A stretch of 63,145 bases of DNA, filler included, from Polymyxa betae A26-41 (GCA_003693705.1; 6 parts of 6 records of this genome joined end to end with filler, not necessarily neighbours in it); one strand, 5' to 3'; counted from the whole stretch's first letter, positions 25,780 through 39,318 are shown. Notes: generated by a model not told the origin, from the sequence alone. Translations and numbers: made by a program.

Positions 25780-26135
25780 TCCGGTATACAAGCACAAGAG
25801 AGGAAAAACGAGTCATTCTGCCGGAGAGAATCCCGTTTCTCAACAATTGGCTGAGCTGCGATTTTATTTCGGAATGTTTATGCTGTAGATAGAATGGTGA
25901 AAAGGATAACCTGTGATGTGTTTCCAGCTCAGGGGCGAAGGGCGGCCCCACCATGACCAGGCTCAACCCGGGCGAGTCGGCGACAGTATAACTTACGTAA
26001 AATCTGTGCCATTCTATCGAACAGTCCGCCATGATGGGAAAAAACTATCTGGATGGAAGAAAATGACCGCCCACTTCGGCCGAAAGGACAGGGGCGCTCT
26101 ATTATGGTGTCTGAATTCCTGTGTGAATTTCAAGC
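25780..26135 (+). mobile_element. Fragment of an IS630/Tc1-like DDE transposase
   Basis: AHDGKK/IWMEENDRPLRPKGQGRSIMVSEFLCEF resembles the 'ANDG..W..LR.KG.GRSI.VS.FL' motif of these transposases. Confidence 0.6.
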
Positions 26136-26239
26136 GCCAATGAAATTGAGAATTTTTGTCGTGTATTTCCTGTGGGTAATCAGCTAGAAATCGACCACGA
26201 AGCATTGAAGTTATAATGTTAGGCGATAGAAGGCTGATT

Positions 26240-27400
26240 TCAAATGAGAGAATTTAAGCCAACTGTAACCAACTATTCAAAGTAAAAAACACTATCCACA
26301 AATACTAAAAACAGCACGCATAGAGCCACTGCCCAAGGCGAAACCTGGAAGTACCGACAGATCAGACTGCTGCCAAGCTGATCGAAAAGATTCGAATACT
26401 TGATACATATGAGCATCAGAAACATTGTAAAGAAAAATCTCCCACGTCATCAGTTCGAATGTAGGCCGGGGCACTCGACATCAAAAGCACTGAATAGATT
26501 CTTACACTATTCAGGAGTGATGCAGGCAAGAAAACTACCGAAAACCATGATACCGGTGTCTGGACGGATGAAAGCCTAAAACGACATAGAAATGTGAATG
26601 GTGAAGAATTCCCTCTAACTGGCACCCAGAAAATTGTATATTGAGATCAAAATGACGAGTTCTCCGAACTTCCCTTCAAAACAGCCCTACAAATCGAGAA
26701 CGTTGTGTCGAGTTATCAAACTGAGATAATACCGATACAAACTGGCCTAGAGACGATTCTTCCACGAAATTTGCAGGAAGATATCACTTGTTCACTGAAT
26801 CTCTTTCATGGATCTATCAACCAGCTAGACACGCTCCCATTCAATACAAATTTACGAATGCAGTAGTCAAAGACGTCGCTAGCCAACTTGCAGAACGCCG
26901 TGGAAGTGCATTCCGTTCCCTGCCATAGAGAAGAAAGAATGGCACGGAGCAGGGGAATCGACTCACTAACAAAAGACTCTGCAGAGAATGGCGATGAAGA
27001 GATTGATCATGACCCATTTTGATCTTTATTCAAACTCTTGTTTAAGAACAGCGAAAAACTCAGACTCCAGAGATACCTGAAAACGAAAATTCAGAATTAT
27101 CTGAAATTGTTCATGGCTATCCAGATAGAACTCTCGGGATTAAAAGCCAAAAAAAGATCAGCAATGAGAATGGGGACCAGGATGGAATCGTTCCGATAAA
27201 CTCCACACTCGCATTCCTAAACCGAGTACGCACAGGCCATACACGGGCAAGAACACTTCTAGAGAGCAACGGAATAGATTCGGGATGTATTTGCCGGCAT
27301 TACAACAGATACAGCGAGACAATCGGACAGAAATTGATCAGATGCAACACGTCTAAAAACGATTAAAACAATTTTCCAGACGAGAACACATAACGCGGGC
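26240..27400 (+). mobile_element. Decayed non-LTR retrotransposon with RNase H (internally deleted ORF2)
   Basis: RT N-terminus: YPQILKTARIEPLPKAKPG/YRQIRLLP..FEYLI..HQFECRPGHSTSKAL. RNase H: VWTDES..EVHSVPCH..IDSLTK. C-terminal LNRVRTGHT..CICRHY..ETI..LIRC knuckle. Confidence 0.85.
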
Positions 27401-27602
27401 TGCGCCATCTATTTTGGATAGCGCAGATTTGAACATCCACTGTTAGACGGGAGAGGGTTTTGAACTGGAATGTGTTTGAAGAAGTGTTTTATTTCTTAGT
27501 ATGCAAGCGGAAGGCAATGCTTCCGGTTGAATTAGCGTGAGTCAACGCTATCGATATCTCGAGATTGATCTAACAGCGCTCATCTACTGACATCCACAAA
27601 TA

Positions 27603-27673
27603 GCACCGATGGTTCAATGGTAGAATAGCTGCCTTCCAAGCAGTTGACCCGAGTTCGATTCTCGGTCGGTGCA
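27603..27673 (+). tRNA. tRNA-Gly(TCC)
   Basis: Exact reverse-complement copy of 24671-24741, followed by a T-run. Confidence 0.97.
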
Positions 27674-28477
27674 CTTTCTTTTTCCATTAAGAAACATCTC
27701 ATCCTGAAGCTTGTCCTATGCGGGTTTCAGGTCTCAGTTTTCGTCCATCTACTAATGACATAGCTTCTTCACCACCAGTGCAATGGCATTGCCATCCGTT
27801 TTTGTCCAAATATGTATTCTTGTCGTTCCGGAACGACGCTCCAATAATCTTCAATGAAATCGTTAGCAGATTGCAGGATTGGGATTGTTATCACAAATAG
27901 CACGTACAATGCATCGTAACTGGATTTTGTGTTTTATGATTCGTTTATAAAAATGGATACATTGAAAAAGATCATCATGTCTGTAGTTGCCAGGCTTGGC
28001 CCATCAGAAGCTCATACCTTACGAAAGACCTGATGGCAAGAGGCGTCCGCGAGGCGGAGCCTTGTTAGTTTTAAGGCAGCGTGGGACGATGATCATTTTA
28101 AGACGCTTCGAAGACTTCGGGGGCCATTTGTATTAATTAATTGAATTCTGTTTTTCGTGGAATCTATCAAGACCGGGTTCCTGATCGCAATTTGATGGGA
28201 AATATGAAGATGATGCTCACTGCGAGACGAGAACCCTAACCCCACACGGCAGTAGTATCAGGATGCAGCAAGACACCGATTAGCTTTGGTCACAGAAAAA
28301 AAGTTTAGTAATAAGTGCGAAGGCGTTGAGCGGAATTGCGAGCATAAACAAGGCGCAAGCTGGACGATTACGGCAACTTGGCTATCTCACGTCTTGCTCG
28401 AACTGAATCACAAAGCCTTAACTTGACAAAAAACAAAAGCAAATTTTCGTCCACCGAAAAAGACAGAAATCACTTCA

Positions 28478-29101
28478 TCACAAATAGAGAAATCTCTGAC
28501 AATAGAAAATTGAATCCAACCGACCTTTTGCGAGATTCCACTTCCCAATCATTAAGAAGTTCAGGTGATTTAAAAGTAACTTGGAAAAATTTCTGACGAT
28601 GACAACGAAACGTTTTTTCGATTCCGAGATCAGTTGGCGCCTATAGTGATGATCTTTACCACGGACATGAAGTGAATCGAGAAGCATTTGGACATAGGTC
28701 GGTTCACGTAATGAAGCTGAAAGCACAGGACCCCAAAGCTGGCAACACTCTGCCGATAAAATCTTCTCAATCGCCAATTTGAATGTTTCCTCAGTGTGAA
28801 TCCGCGTTAACACCGATTGACGCGCGAATACATCCAGGAAGGTTGCGTGCTGTTGCAGAGCCAATTGCAGCAGATCCTGTATGACCACCAGCACTATGGT
28901 TGGGGATTCATGTTCAATAATGACGAGATTATCAAGCAATTCGACGATAGAATTCCCCAGATCTTCCACTTTTGCTAGTATTGTTTGATATTGATTTTCA
29001 CGTTTCTGACTGTAGAACCTGTAAAGTCCATAATTGATTAACATAATTCTTTGTTGGACAGGATTAGGACGTCCATTAGGTGGTAATTGATTCAGGTTCA
29101 T
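28478..29101 (-). CDS. Hypothetical helical protein or fragment, 207 aa
   Basis: Open ORF with protein-like composition next to LTR debris; no family recognised. Confidence 0.4.
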   Translation of the reverse strand: MNLNQLPPNGRPNPVQQRIMLINYGLYRFYSQKRENQYQTILAKVEDLGNSIVELLDNLVIIEHESPTIVLVVIQDLLQLALQQHATFLDVFARQSVLTRIHTEETFKLAIEKILSAECCQLWGPVLSASLREPTYVQMLLDSLHVRGKDHHYRRQLISESKKRFVVIVRNFSKLLLNHLNFLMIGKWNLAKGRLDSIFYCQRFLYL

Positions 29102-29480
29102 AAACGTGACAAGATGGTTAACATCCTGCTCGGGAACGTCTGGGGTTGATAATAGACCCAGACGGTTAGCAAAGGCTGATGAAACCCAGTAGTGCGAGGA
29201 CCTCGGTGAGGTCGTCGTCGTCGAGGCAGGTAGGAGTGACCTTGGAGTCGGATGGTGTAGAGCAGCGACCTCTCCCTACCGACCCCGCCTGCAGCTGCAG
29301 AGCGGGCCCAGGGGGACCCCGCAGTGACACTGTGGCGACGGTCGGGGCCACCCGACCGGCCGCACGCATCAAGGTGGTGGTCGGGGTTGAGCGGTCATTG
29401 CGCTCACTCAACTTCATATTACAGAGCAGTACATCCCCGTACTGTCTCTGCAGTCTTTGGTCCCTGTGCATAGACATCTA

Positions 29481-30046
29481 TGTCACATACCTCGGACTCA
29501 ACGAATTTTCCCACAACGAATATAACACAACTGAATTTCACAATAACCAAAAACCATACAATTTAATGCATACCACCACAACGGCCGTCTCTGATGACCG
29601 TGGATATATTAAATTTACAAAACTTAATCCAATACAGCATCGCAGAAAGCAAGAGTGGCGCTTAATCGCTCCAGGCCACCTAATACATACAAAAGCACCA
29701 AAGCACAAGCGCACGGGTACAATCCACGTTTAGAAGAAGTAAAAAACAAAATCTATCGGTTATCCCCACCAGGCAATGGAACTGCTTGTGCTGCCAGAGC
29801 CGATAGACCGAGATAGATCTACTCAAAAGGTGGCGATAGTTGGGTCAACAGAACTCAACCAATTTATTCAACGAATGGAAGATAAGGATCGAAAAGTACG
29901 CAGATACCATCGAACGGCACAGGAAAGAAAGGTAGATATCGATCTTAGAATCTTCCTAAGAAAATGTAAAAGGAAAGTGAAATAAAGGAAGTACTTGGTA
30001 ACGAATGGAATGAGAGAATATGACATTGCCCCCCTCCACTATGAAG
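29481..30046 (-). mobile_element. 3' LTR (29481-30025) and polypurine tract of an LTR retrotransposon running into the gap
   Basis: TGTCA...TGACA termini; on the minus strand GTGGAGGGGGGCAA immediately precedes TGTCA. Confidence 0.75.
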
Positions 30047-30146
30047 NNNNNNNNNNNNNNNNNNNNNNNNNNNNNNNNNNNNNNNNNNNNTTAATTAATT
30101 AANNNNNNNNNNNNNNNNNNNNNNNNNNNNNNNNNNNNNNNNNNNN
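30047..30146. other. Artificial contig spacer
   Basis: Same N/TTAATTAATTAA linker. Confidence 0.97.
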
Positions 30147-30163
30147 AGAGAACTAAATGTGGA

Positions 30164-33100
30164 ATGCAGCTGAAGTGCTACTGTCTATCTCATCGATGCG
30201 ATGGAAAGATGGTTCACCCCGACACCTTTTCTGCACATGAATGAGCAGACCAAAATATGTCTAAGCATGTAGAAGACAACGCGTCATCAATATCGTCAGC
30301 TTCGGAACGTGTGGGTTATCAGGAAAGCACGGTCGACAATGTGTCAGTGTCTAGCGAACTTGGCAATGCTGGAGCAAGTATCGATATTGAAATCGATTTG
30401 GCATTTTCTGCGAATGACGCCCAAACTGACAATCAACTATCAAGTGCGAATCCAGAGAACAGCAGCGTTACCAATTCTCCAGAGCTGGCCATCCTTTCGG
30501 ATAACCGAACAAGTTCGATAAGCTCAATCCACGAAGCTGATTTAAACCACAATGGCGTGTATATTGATCCAATCGCCGATTTGAAGTTCAAATTCGATCA
30601 ATGCATAGCGAAGACTATGAACAATGGGCGATCAATGCATAGCGAAGACTATGAACAATGGGCGAAAGTTGCTCCAAACTCGATCGGTCATTCATCAGAA
30701 CCAAATTGATGAGCTTGACATCCCCTCATTACAGCATCTAGAGAGAATCAAGATTAAGGTCATGCAATTTGCAGATCAACGCTTAAGATCAGGGATTAAC
30801 CGAAAAAGTTTCGACGAGCTGTTAAAATTGTATCTTTTGGAAATGTCGACGCGGCCAGACCCCCAGACTGGAGAAGCCATGGGAATGTATCGGAATTTCC
30901 CTGAAGGATGGGATCAAGCCAAGAAAACCGTTTTGAGGGATCTCTTCCTGAATTTTACGCCAATACTTTTGGAATCATGCCCGAATGGACACTGCATATT
31001 CATTCAGGACTTGGAAAACGAGCAGGAATGTCATGAATGTCACACATCAAGACAGAAATCAAAATCGTTTCTGTATTGGCCGATATCATATGATATACAG
31101 GTTTCAAATGTTTACGAGTGTTGTCGAATTTGAAAATGATCAAGTGTTTTGCAGATCCGATTCGCGTTCCCGTCAATTGCTGCTCTCTTTCGTTCCGGGT
31201 TTTCGGAGATCGACGACCTGGTCAGAGACTTCAAGGCAACGAACAAGAGAGAGGAGATAATGTCAGATTGGGTGCATGGAAACCTTTTCTACGATCACTA
31301 CGCTCCTTTTCATCTGGAAGCCACTGGAGAGCTCTCTATGTATACAAATATCATCTAATGTAGTTTCCTTATAGCTGACAGCGAGTTAGATGGAATGGGA
31401 ACTATGGTACTGGCATTGGCGCATTCGTTTGATGGAGCTCGAGTGCACATTTCATCAAAGGTATCAATCTGGCCGCATCTCTTCTCCTATCTTACTCTGC
31501 CGCCCTCTGCCCGTTGCAAACCCTCTTCAATTATGATGACCTCCTGTTCATATCTCTCAAGCCAAGCGTTTTTCAAACTGATTGCTCATGAGCTCAATGT
31601 TATCAACCAGAGGGGATTGTGTATTTTCGATTCGGTTACTAACCGACTTATAATGGTAAGGAATGGCTAAGAAGAACACAGTTGTCATAGTCAAATTAAG
31701 ATGCTGTGTGATCAGATAAAAGTCAAGTTGATGAGCAGCATGGGCGACCTGCCCGCTTTTGCAAAGGCCATGAGAAAAGCTGGTCACAACAGCCGACATG
31801 GAGCCTGTATATGCTCTATTGAAGGTGTCGTCAGTGGGCAGCGTACATGCCGGCTAGGCTCGTTTGCGTTCTTACCTAAGCATCATCAGTTTCGTAAACG
31901 TGCCCTGATTCCGAATTGTTTGAATCTGCATATGAAATCGCCTACACCATGTTTTTGGACGAAAGATTCAATAGTGGAAGCAGGTAACTGAATTAAGATG
32001 AAAGAAAGTTTACTTATCCGATCAACTGTTTTACAGGCCAAAACGCTTCTCGTTATGAGCTGGCGAAGAAAAATGAGCGGAGCGCAGTGCCAAGGCTCAT
32101 AACGGTGTCGCTCGCAAAGCCAAAGGGACGATCAAGCCTTACGATCGTAAATCCGACAAGAAACATCCATACAAAAGTTCAGGACCAGGGCATTATGGAG
32201 TTGACGCGTTAACGGAAACCCTGAGCTCAGGATGGGACCCAAGCAGGCAGTATAAATCTGATTTCATGCATCACCTAGGCGTAAGTCAAAGACTTGTATT
32301 ATTTGCTGTCACAAGATTTTTAATCAAAACTGCAGAACGTGTTTAGGACTCTAGTGGAATCCCTAGACCACGAAAGTGGTGGATCTGGCCTCGCCTTCAC
32401 TGCTGAGGCAAGGAAATCAGAACAGGTTCTAGGCAGGCTAAAGCATGTCTGGGATGTGGAATCGCCGCTTCCTTGGTCTTTGGTTGCAAATAGCCGTATG
32501 CAAATATCCAAACGCCTCAGCTCTCTCGTGGTTCCAGAATGTATGGCCAAGACTATTCTGTACGCTTATGAAATTAACGGATGTTTGAACAGGCACAGAG
32601 GAAGTGTTCAATCCATATGTAAAATCACAAATTTTGACCAAGAACGCACAATGGCACATGTTGCTGCACGGATTGTTCAAATTTATGACACGAGGTCTTT
32701 TTCAAAAGACTGGAGACGCAAAAGCTGTTCAGAAAGCCCTGTATGGTTTCTTTGACTGCTTTTCACAGATAACTTGCTCCATTTTGAAGCGTTCCCAACT
32801 TGAAAGACTACAGCTGAAAATAACAGAAAGCCTGGCAGTGCTGGAAGAGGTAAGCTGCTTGAATTTGGAACTGGAAAACGTCTTCACTCACAGTTCAATA
32901 TTTTCAGAAACTCCCCAGCATGTACATGACTCTACCGGTGCACTTTATGCTGCATATTGTGCCTCATATTCTACAAGATTTGGGGCCTCTAACTGGAACG
33001 TCTTGGAATTTTTGGTCGGAGCGGTTTTGAAGCCCATGAATCACGCTAGCCGAGGGCAATCAGTCAACATAATGAACAACTACTCAGAACAAGTGGTGAT

Positions 33101-34199
33101 ATCGTGCTTCGGTATGATGGCAGTATCTACCAAGCAAAATACTGATCCCACTTTTTGCATAGGCGTGAATACCATCAGCAATTTCCCTACAGCTCAGATA
33201 GGCTGTGGACATTTGGAGAGTCAAAAGATGCCGATGAAAGCAAAACCGATGATGAATTGGAAACCACTCCGGTGATATTTAAAGTTCAAGATTTGCAGTT
33301 AGGTACTAGATTACTTCAATGATTGCAGTCAAACAGATTCCAACGATTTTTATTCAGGAAAGTTACATGAAGAACTTTTCAATCAGATCGAGCAGTATCG
33401 AAATTCGGTTGAAGTTTTCAATCAGGGCCTTATCAAGCCTTTCTCACAGCAACAGCTAACTCAACAGCCGATAGCGTTTTTCCAGCGTCACCATTCTGAT
33501 CTGCTACAATTTTTAGGGAGAGAGGGCTTCCAGGAGAATCTCCTGAATGCTTTAAAAGGTAAGCTTCGCTGTAGTAATCGTCATGGAAGCAACTGGAAAT
33601 GTTTGGGACAGTGTTATTTTAACAGATTGCCTTTATTAGAATTCGATACGCTGAGTAGTTACTGCCAATTGTTTGTTTAATCTTCAATACAAGAAGTGTT
33701 TTATTCAGATTTCCTGGCTTTCACCTAACCTGCAATGCCTTTTTACAAAAACGATTTAGGAGAAATTCTGACAATCAAACGAGTGCGACACAAAGAAAAG
33801 CTCTTTCGATCCCGCGAATACGAAGAAAAACGATCGCTGAAAACCTGCAACCATATCATGCAGGTCAAAATCGACTCAACCAGAGCCAGCGGAACAGATC
33901 ACTGGTTTTGTGCTGTTAATTGGTTTACAAAGATGTCAATAATGGAAGAGATGCCAGTAATGACCATTGCATACGTTGATTGGTTCCAGTCTCTTCCAAG
34001 ATCTTCAAATCCTGCCTTTACAACTGATGAAGAGACCGGCCTCCCTCTAGTTGAACCAATGAACAAGACAGAGAACAATAAATGGTGTAGGTGGGTGCTA
34101 TTGGATAATGTCAACCCTTGCAATTTTATGCTGGGAAAAATCGAGGGAGTCAAAGGTTACTTCATAATTCGAATTGGAAGACTCGAACAGAGCGAATAA
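30164..34199 (+). mobile_element. CACTA/EnSpm-type (CMC) transposase, intron-rich, pseudogenised
   Basis: N-terminal CYC..RCDG..H; CPNGHCIF..ECHECHTSR; FDG..SIWP..LPP; DLPAFAK..GHNS..CIC; DFMH; HFMLHIV..LGP..FWSER. Lesions: a stop near 30240 and a 34-bp duplication frameshift. Confidence 0.88.
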
Positions 34200-34379
34200 A
34201 CTTTTATTGATATTCTTCGATAATATTATCTGAAAGAAAATTTCAACAATGAAAGATTCTGTCACGGAAGAAGAAAAATAGTTAGAAGATGATAAACAGC
34301 TACGTTGTATGCATCCGGATTGCGACGACAATAGAAGCTCCTGACCAATAGGTTCATCGATGGCTATGCGGCGACAATG

Positions 34380-36190
34380 GCACTAGTAACAGCTGGAACC
34401 GGCGATAGACAGAGCGCAGGCACTGTTACTATTGAACAGAATGGGCCCATGAAGACAGATGATATCGCAGCCGTGATCGCCAGAGGCTGTTTCATCAGCA
34501 GGGGCAGCAGCACCAACAGAATGACACAACCCAGAAAAAAACTAATGAAAAAGGAGAAATGTCTGAAAATGGAATAATCTAATAAATAACGATTACTGAA
34601 TTACAACATTCAAACAGATTGATAAACCAGATAGCACTTAATGAGAGAAAGAGCACTCTCACTTATAGAAGAAGCAGCAGCTGAAACAGGAATACCATCA
34701 CCAGCAGCTGAAACTGCAGAACCAAACCATCAGCAGCAGCAGCCGCAGCAGCAGCAGCACAGTACCGTTAATATCAACAGCACCAGCACCAGGAAGCATT
34801 AGCAGCAATAGTGTCCTCGAAGTTAACTGAAAGTAACGGTAGGTGTACCAGAAGCACAACCAGAATCATTAGAACACAATTTATCAGTTCAAGATAAGAA
34901 ACGGAAAGAGTCTCAATATGAAATCGTCAAGCTGCCATAATTGAAAATGCACAAAAGCTCCAGTTTTCCGAATAAATACAGAAGATAAATATAAAGCGAA
35001 ATATAAACTCATTGATATAATTGAAAAGATAAAACATTCAGGATTCAGATAAAACGTAATAAAACCAAAAATCCCTCACCTACAGCAGATGCAGCAGCAG
35101 AAACGACAGCAACGGCGTCAACAGGCAGTGATGACACCGAGAACCGCATCAGCACCAGTATCTTCGTCACCAATAGTGACAGCGGCAGAAGCTGAAACAA
35201 GAGCACTATCAGCAGCAGTTGAAACAGCAGAATCATCAGCAGCTGCAGCACAGTACCATCATTATCATCACCACCAGGAAGCATTAGCACCAATAGCGGA
35301 CGTGAAGTTAACAGAAGCTAGATGCTGTAGCAGCAAAAGAAATCGCAGCCATAGAATGCAGCCATAGCAGCACCAGTACAATCAGGATCCCTCAACCCCA
35401 TCATCAAATAGTAATGTAAAACAAGCTAATAAAGATTGTCAGTATTCATAAACAATCATTTTTCAAAAGGCAAAAAGCCATCAAATTGATAGAAAGATTG
35501 AATAAAGATCAAGGAGGAAAACTCTGGAAATAGGGACTTACCTCTAAACAATAACACGTAGGTGATTGCCAATATGTGGGCTAGGCTCTGGGCTCAGCAG
35601 CCTCGTGTCATCACGGCGCCTTTCGACTAAAGGCGGTCGACAGGCACCATGATGGCACGGTGTCATTGAGCCAGAGAGCGACAGCCGGGACTCACCACCG
35701 AAAACGTGACAGCGGGGGCTCGATGGTCTGAACGACATCGATGATGCTACGATCTGAACAGCTGTGTCGGCTCAGCCACGATCCAGACAACGGCGCAGGA
35801 TCCATGATCGGGACAGCGGCGGCGCCACTCAGATCAGGACGATGACCTCGGCTCCATAATTAATCTGGACCGAAGGGTCAGTACGCCACCCATGTAGGGA
35901 CGATGACGTCGGCTCCCTAATCAATCTGGAACGAGGGGTCAGTACGATAATGACAAGACGATGTAAAACGAGCTAATAAAGACAGATAGAATTCAAAAAC
36001 AATCATTGTTTAAAGGCAGAAACCTGTAAATAAATAGAACAGATTAAATAAAAACTCAAGACGGAAAACTCAGCAAATAGGGACTTACCTCTAAACAATA
36101 ACACGTAGGTGATTGCCAACATTTGGGCCAGGCTCTGGGCTCAACAGCCTCGCGTCATCATGGCCTGGCGACCGAAGGCGGTCGCCAGGC
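34380..36190 (-). repeat. CAG/GCA-rich low-complexity region with duplicated exon-intron blocks (possible decayed second gene of the CACTA element)
   Basis: 35418-35645 resembles 35962-36190; a ~60-bp duplication lies at 35836-35946; minus-strand donors AG|GTAAGT occur in both blocks. Confidence 0.5.
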
Positions 36191-36204
36191 ATTCGGGTCT
36201 TTCG

Positions 36205-36445
36205 AGATATAGTTCCGCTGATGAATTTGAATTGTTCTAAGGATCTACTGAAATATCTCTATGAAATTGTCCATACAATATTGAACTTCCTTCAATATCA
36301 TTGTAATAAGATGTTAACTCTTTTACTATGATGTTTGGAGACCATATTCAGGAACAGCAACTCCTAGCGAATGAGTGTTCAAAACTGAATGATCACCTTA
36401 CAGATCTATTTACAAATACTTCCAACAGCATCAGTCACCATTAAA
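36205..36445 (+). pseudogene. Orphan fragment of the Crypton-tail-like domain
   Basis: LNCSKDLLKYLYEIVHTILNFLQYHCN/DVNSFTMMFGDHIQEQQ..CSKL aligns with 41507-41794, with one frameshift. Confidence 0.75.
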
Positions 36446-37514
36446 AGACGATATAAATGTTTTCTTGAAATCCTGCTTCTATCGATGACATTCTGGTCTT
36501 CAACAGAATGATGGTGAAGGCGGGTGGCGAACGGGACCCTTCCCAGCCCTGATTATAAAGGAGACTTGGAGAGCTGCCGGATTCATAGTATGAGCCGGGG
36601 ACATTTTGATTCTATCAGCTTGTCCTTCGTGATTCCTATCCGGATAAACACCCAGCAAACTTACCTCTACCCAAGAACTCAAGAAACCACACGCCTCAGC
36701 CGTCCCACATGATCCGGTGCGCGTTGAAAGGCAAAGAAACATGGCAGCTATGGAAGAAAGACGTCCTCCGGTGGGCAAACCACCAAAAAATCATTGGAAG
36801 AAATTAGTTGATAACGTTCCCTGTTGTAAAAGTGCTACTCTACACGTGGCGAGATTTAGACAACTCAAGGAATGAATTATTAAAGGTCTAAAAAGTAGAT
36901 TAATAAAGAGGCACGCGCCTTGAAAAGATTTGATAAATTATAAGGACACGAGATCTTTTATTGTAGCCGGCAGGCGGTGCAGTACGACAATGTCAACATT
37001 CCGACATCTATTGATACAGCCAAATCGACTTCAAAAATGCGACCGCAGTTTCCGAGGGACCAGCATACCGGTATTTCAAGAAATTTGTCAAAAATGCGAA
37101 TGCTTTAAGCAATCAGAGCTCATTAAGATAATGCATTCAGGAACAGATCTGTGCCGTTTGTATTTAGGGACGGCAAATTTTTAACGTCTCATCAGGGACG
37201 ATGATTATCTCGTCAGAACTCAGAATCAGTTTTTAAATCCGCTTCCATAATCAAAGCAGCAGGGTTACTGACCTGCCCAATTTTCGTTCTAGCTTGAACT
37301 GACGTTTGGGCCGGGGCATGATGATGACAAGCGATAATGGACACAGAGCTCGAATTCGGCGCTCGGAAACCCAGCTTTAAAGACATTTTAGGACTGTAAA
37401 GCTGCGTGACTACGCACATTTCTTTTTTTGATCCTGTTCAAAAAATGCGTACGGATAGTTTCAATTTCAAGTGCGTATGAGTTTTCTTTCAATCCCCCAT
37501 ACAGACGGGAAAAT

Positions 37515-37675
37515 TTAAATTGACCTACGATTGCTCTACGCTCTACGGATTGATCTACTCCACGCACTTTTTAATTGCTCTGTAAATTGATCTATTTTGA
37601 CGGAAATCAGACAATTGACCTACAAAATGATCTACTTTCTCGAATGATCTATTTTTGACCTTACTCCACGGACAG
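37515..37675. repeat. Array of about seven short (A)TGA[CT]CTA[CT] motifs, like transposon subterminal repeats
   Basis: aattgacctac, attgatctact, aattgatctat, aattgacctac, aatgatctact, aatgatctat, ttgacctta, all in the same orientation. Confidence 0.65.
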
Positions 37676-37999
37676 TTAATTGCGACCTGCTAATTGATCA
37701 AAAGTTACCTCCAGGTTAAATGAGGAATCAAAGAGATTATTAAAATCGGGAAGATCCGAGTAATTTTGTATAGGGTATGGATCATAGAGTATCGGTTCCT
37801 ATAAAGCATGATAAAGAGATGTGACATGTTTCTGACAGAATAATGTTACTCTGGTGTCTGTAGTAGGGAGGGCGAGAGGACAGACCTTATCAGGGGGTCA
37901 CTTCCAGTGTGTGTGTAACATTACTAGTCGAACAGCTGTATGTAGCCAAGCGCTCAGATAGGCTCAGGATCAGGAAGACAATTTCTAGGCCAACCATTT

Positions 38000-39095
38000 T
38001 CACCTAATGAAGTCTGATGGATCCGAAACTTTTGCTTCGGATCAAAGTGAGTTGAAAGTGGATATTTTTCAAAGCGAAAATTTTTGTCAAGGGATGATGG
38101 CTCAACTGACAGGAAAAATGTGGTTTTGTGGTAACACAAATGTGGAAACCGTAATCATAATCGCTTAGCTTCACCAATATAAAATGCGAGATTTGGTCAT
38201 AATGAATATAATGTGAAATTATCACAGAATTCCTTCAAGTGTCAATAATATTGAAGAGTGTTCAATACGGATCTTCAAAATCTAAGATATTTCCTCATAC
38301 TAGATGAATACATCAGATAATTTTCTTTTCCAGTGCATCAAAATGGCGCCGAATACACTCCAGCTGTACCAAAAGCAAAAGATTCGACTCAGAGTCCGCT
38401 TTGATTGATCGAGCGATTCATTGAGTCATTTATTCGGGCAGTTCCTCCAATTATGAGATGAAGGCGACACAATTTCCTCTTGTGCAGTGACTGCCGCAAC
38501 AAGCAGATCGTACAAAGGAAGATTAAGTATCTGTTTTTTGCGGCGGTTCCATTTTTCTATAAGAATCTCGATTTGTGGAATTTTGGTCGCGATTGACATT
38601 CTGCTTCACAATGCTTTCAAAGGCCTTCATTATTGGCCTGTGTTGATGTCTAGTTTGATGATTCTCGTGTTGGGGATAATTCCGTAATCTAAATAGCTGT
38701 GGTGCTCTATGTGATGGACTCTTCAACCGCCTGTTTTGTCGTTGCCCCATTCGCCCATAAACTTGATGCTATATCGCCAGTGTTCGCCTATCGCATTATG
38801 GGTTGGTTCCGGTACGGTGTATTTGTGATTTCATGATAGCTCGTGGTTTATGCTTCCGCATTGCGCTAGAACCAAGTGAGCGGTTATTTCGCCGTTATTC
38901 TTGCGATATTGAGGCCTCCTGTCAAGAATATCGTGCATTGTCTGTCTGTGTCGCTGTAGCTTTAGCCTTTAATATGGGAAGCCCTGAATTATTCTAGTAA
39001 TATCAAAGTTCGGAAATGCTTTGAATGTCACAAATCAGTTTTTGTCACAATTAGCTCAGCCTTGGAGCACACGTTCAATTGCGGTACTGTTAGTG
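38000..39095 (-). mobile_element. Highly decayed LINE endonuclease/linker remnant
   Basis: Weak APE-like motifs (LTGGLN, EPTH) in an A-rich minus strand with many stops. Confidence 0.35.
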
Positions 39096-39100
39096 CATTT

Positions 39101-39318
39101 TGTCATGCCCCGACGTTCGCGTACCCGATCTGGTCGTCATTAAGGCGTACCTGCTTGATCTCCTATCTTTATCATATATATTATATTTTCGATCGCTATT
39201 GTGTACCTTTTAAGATCATTCTTTTGTGATCATTATTCATCCTTCCTTTTGAACCATACAAGGCCTAGTTCCGCTCTGTATTCGTCTCATATTCTCGTAG
39301 TCATTCTGTGGCATTACA
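39101..39318. mobile_element. Solo LTR, 218 bp
   Basis: TGTCATGC...GCATTACA termini, 5-bp TSD CATTT, near-identical to 48509-48726. Confidence 0.92.

Noticed and set aside
29176-29200. CTGATGA suggesting a hammerhead ribozyme
   Set aside because: No stem II closing to a GAAA in the required position.
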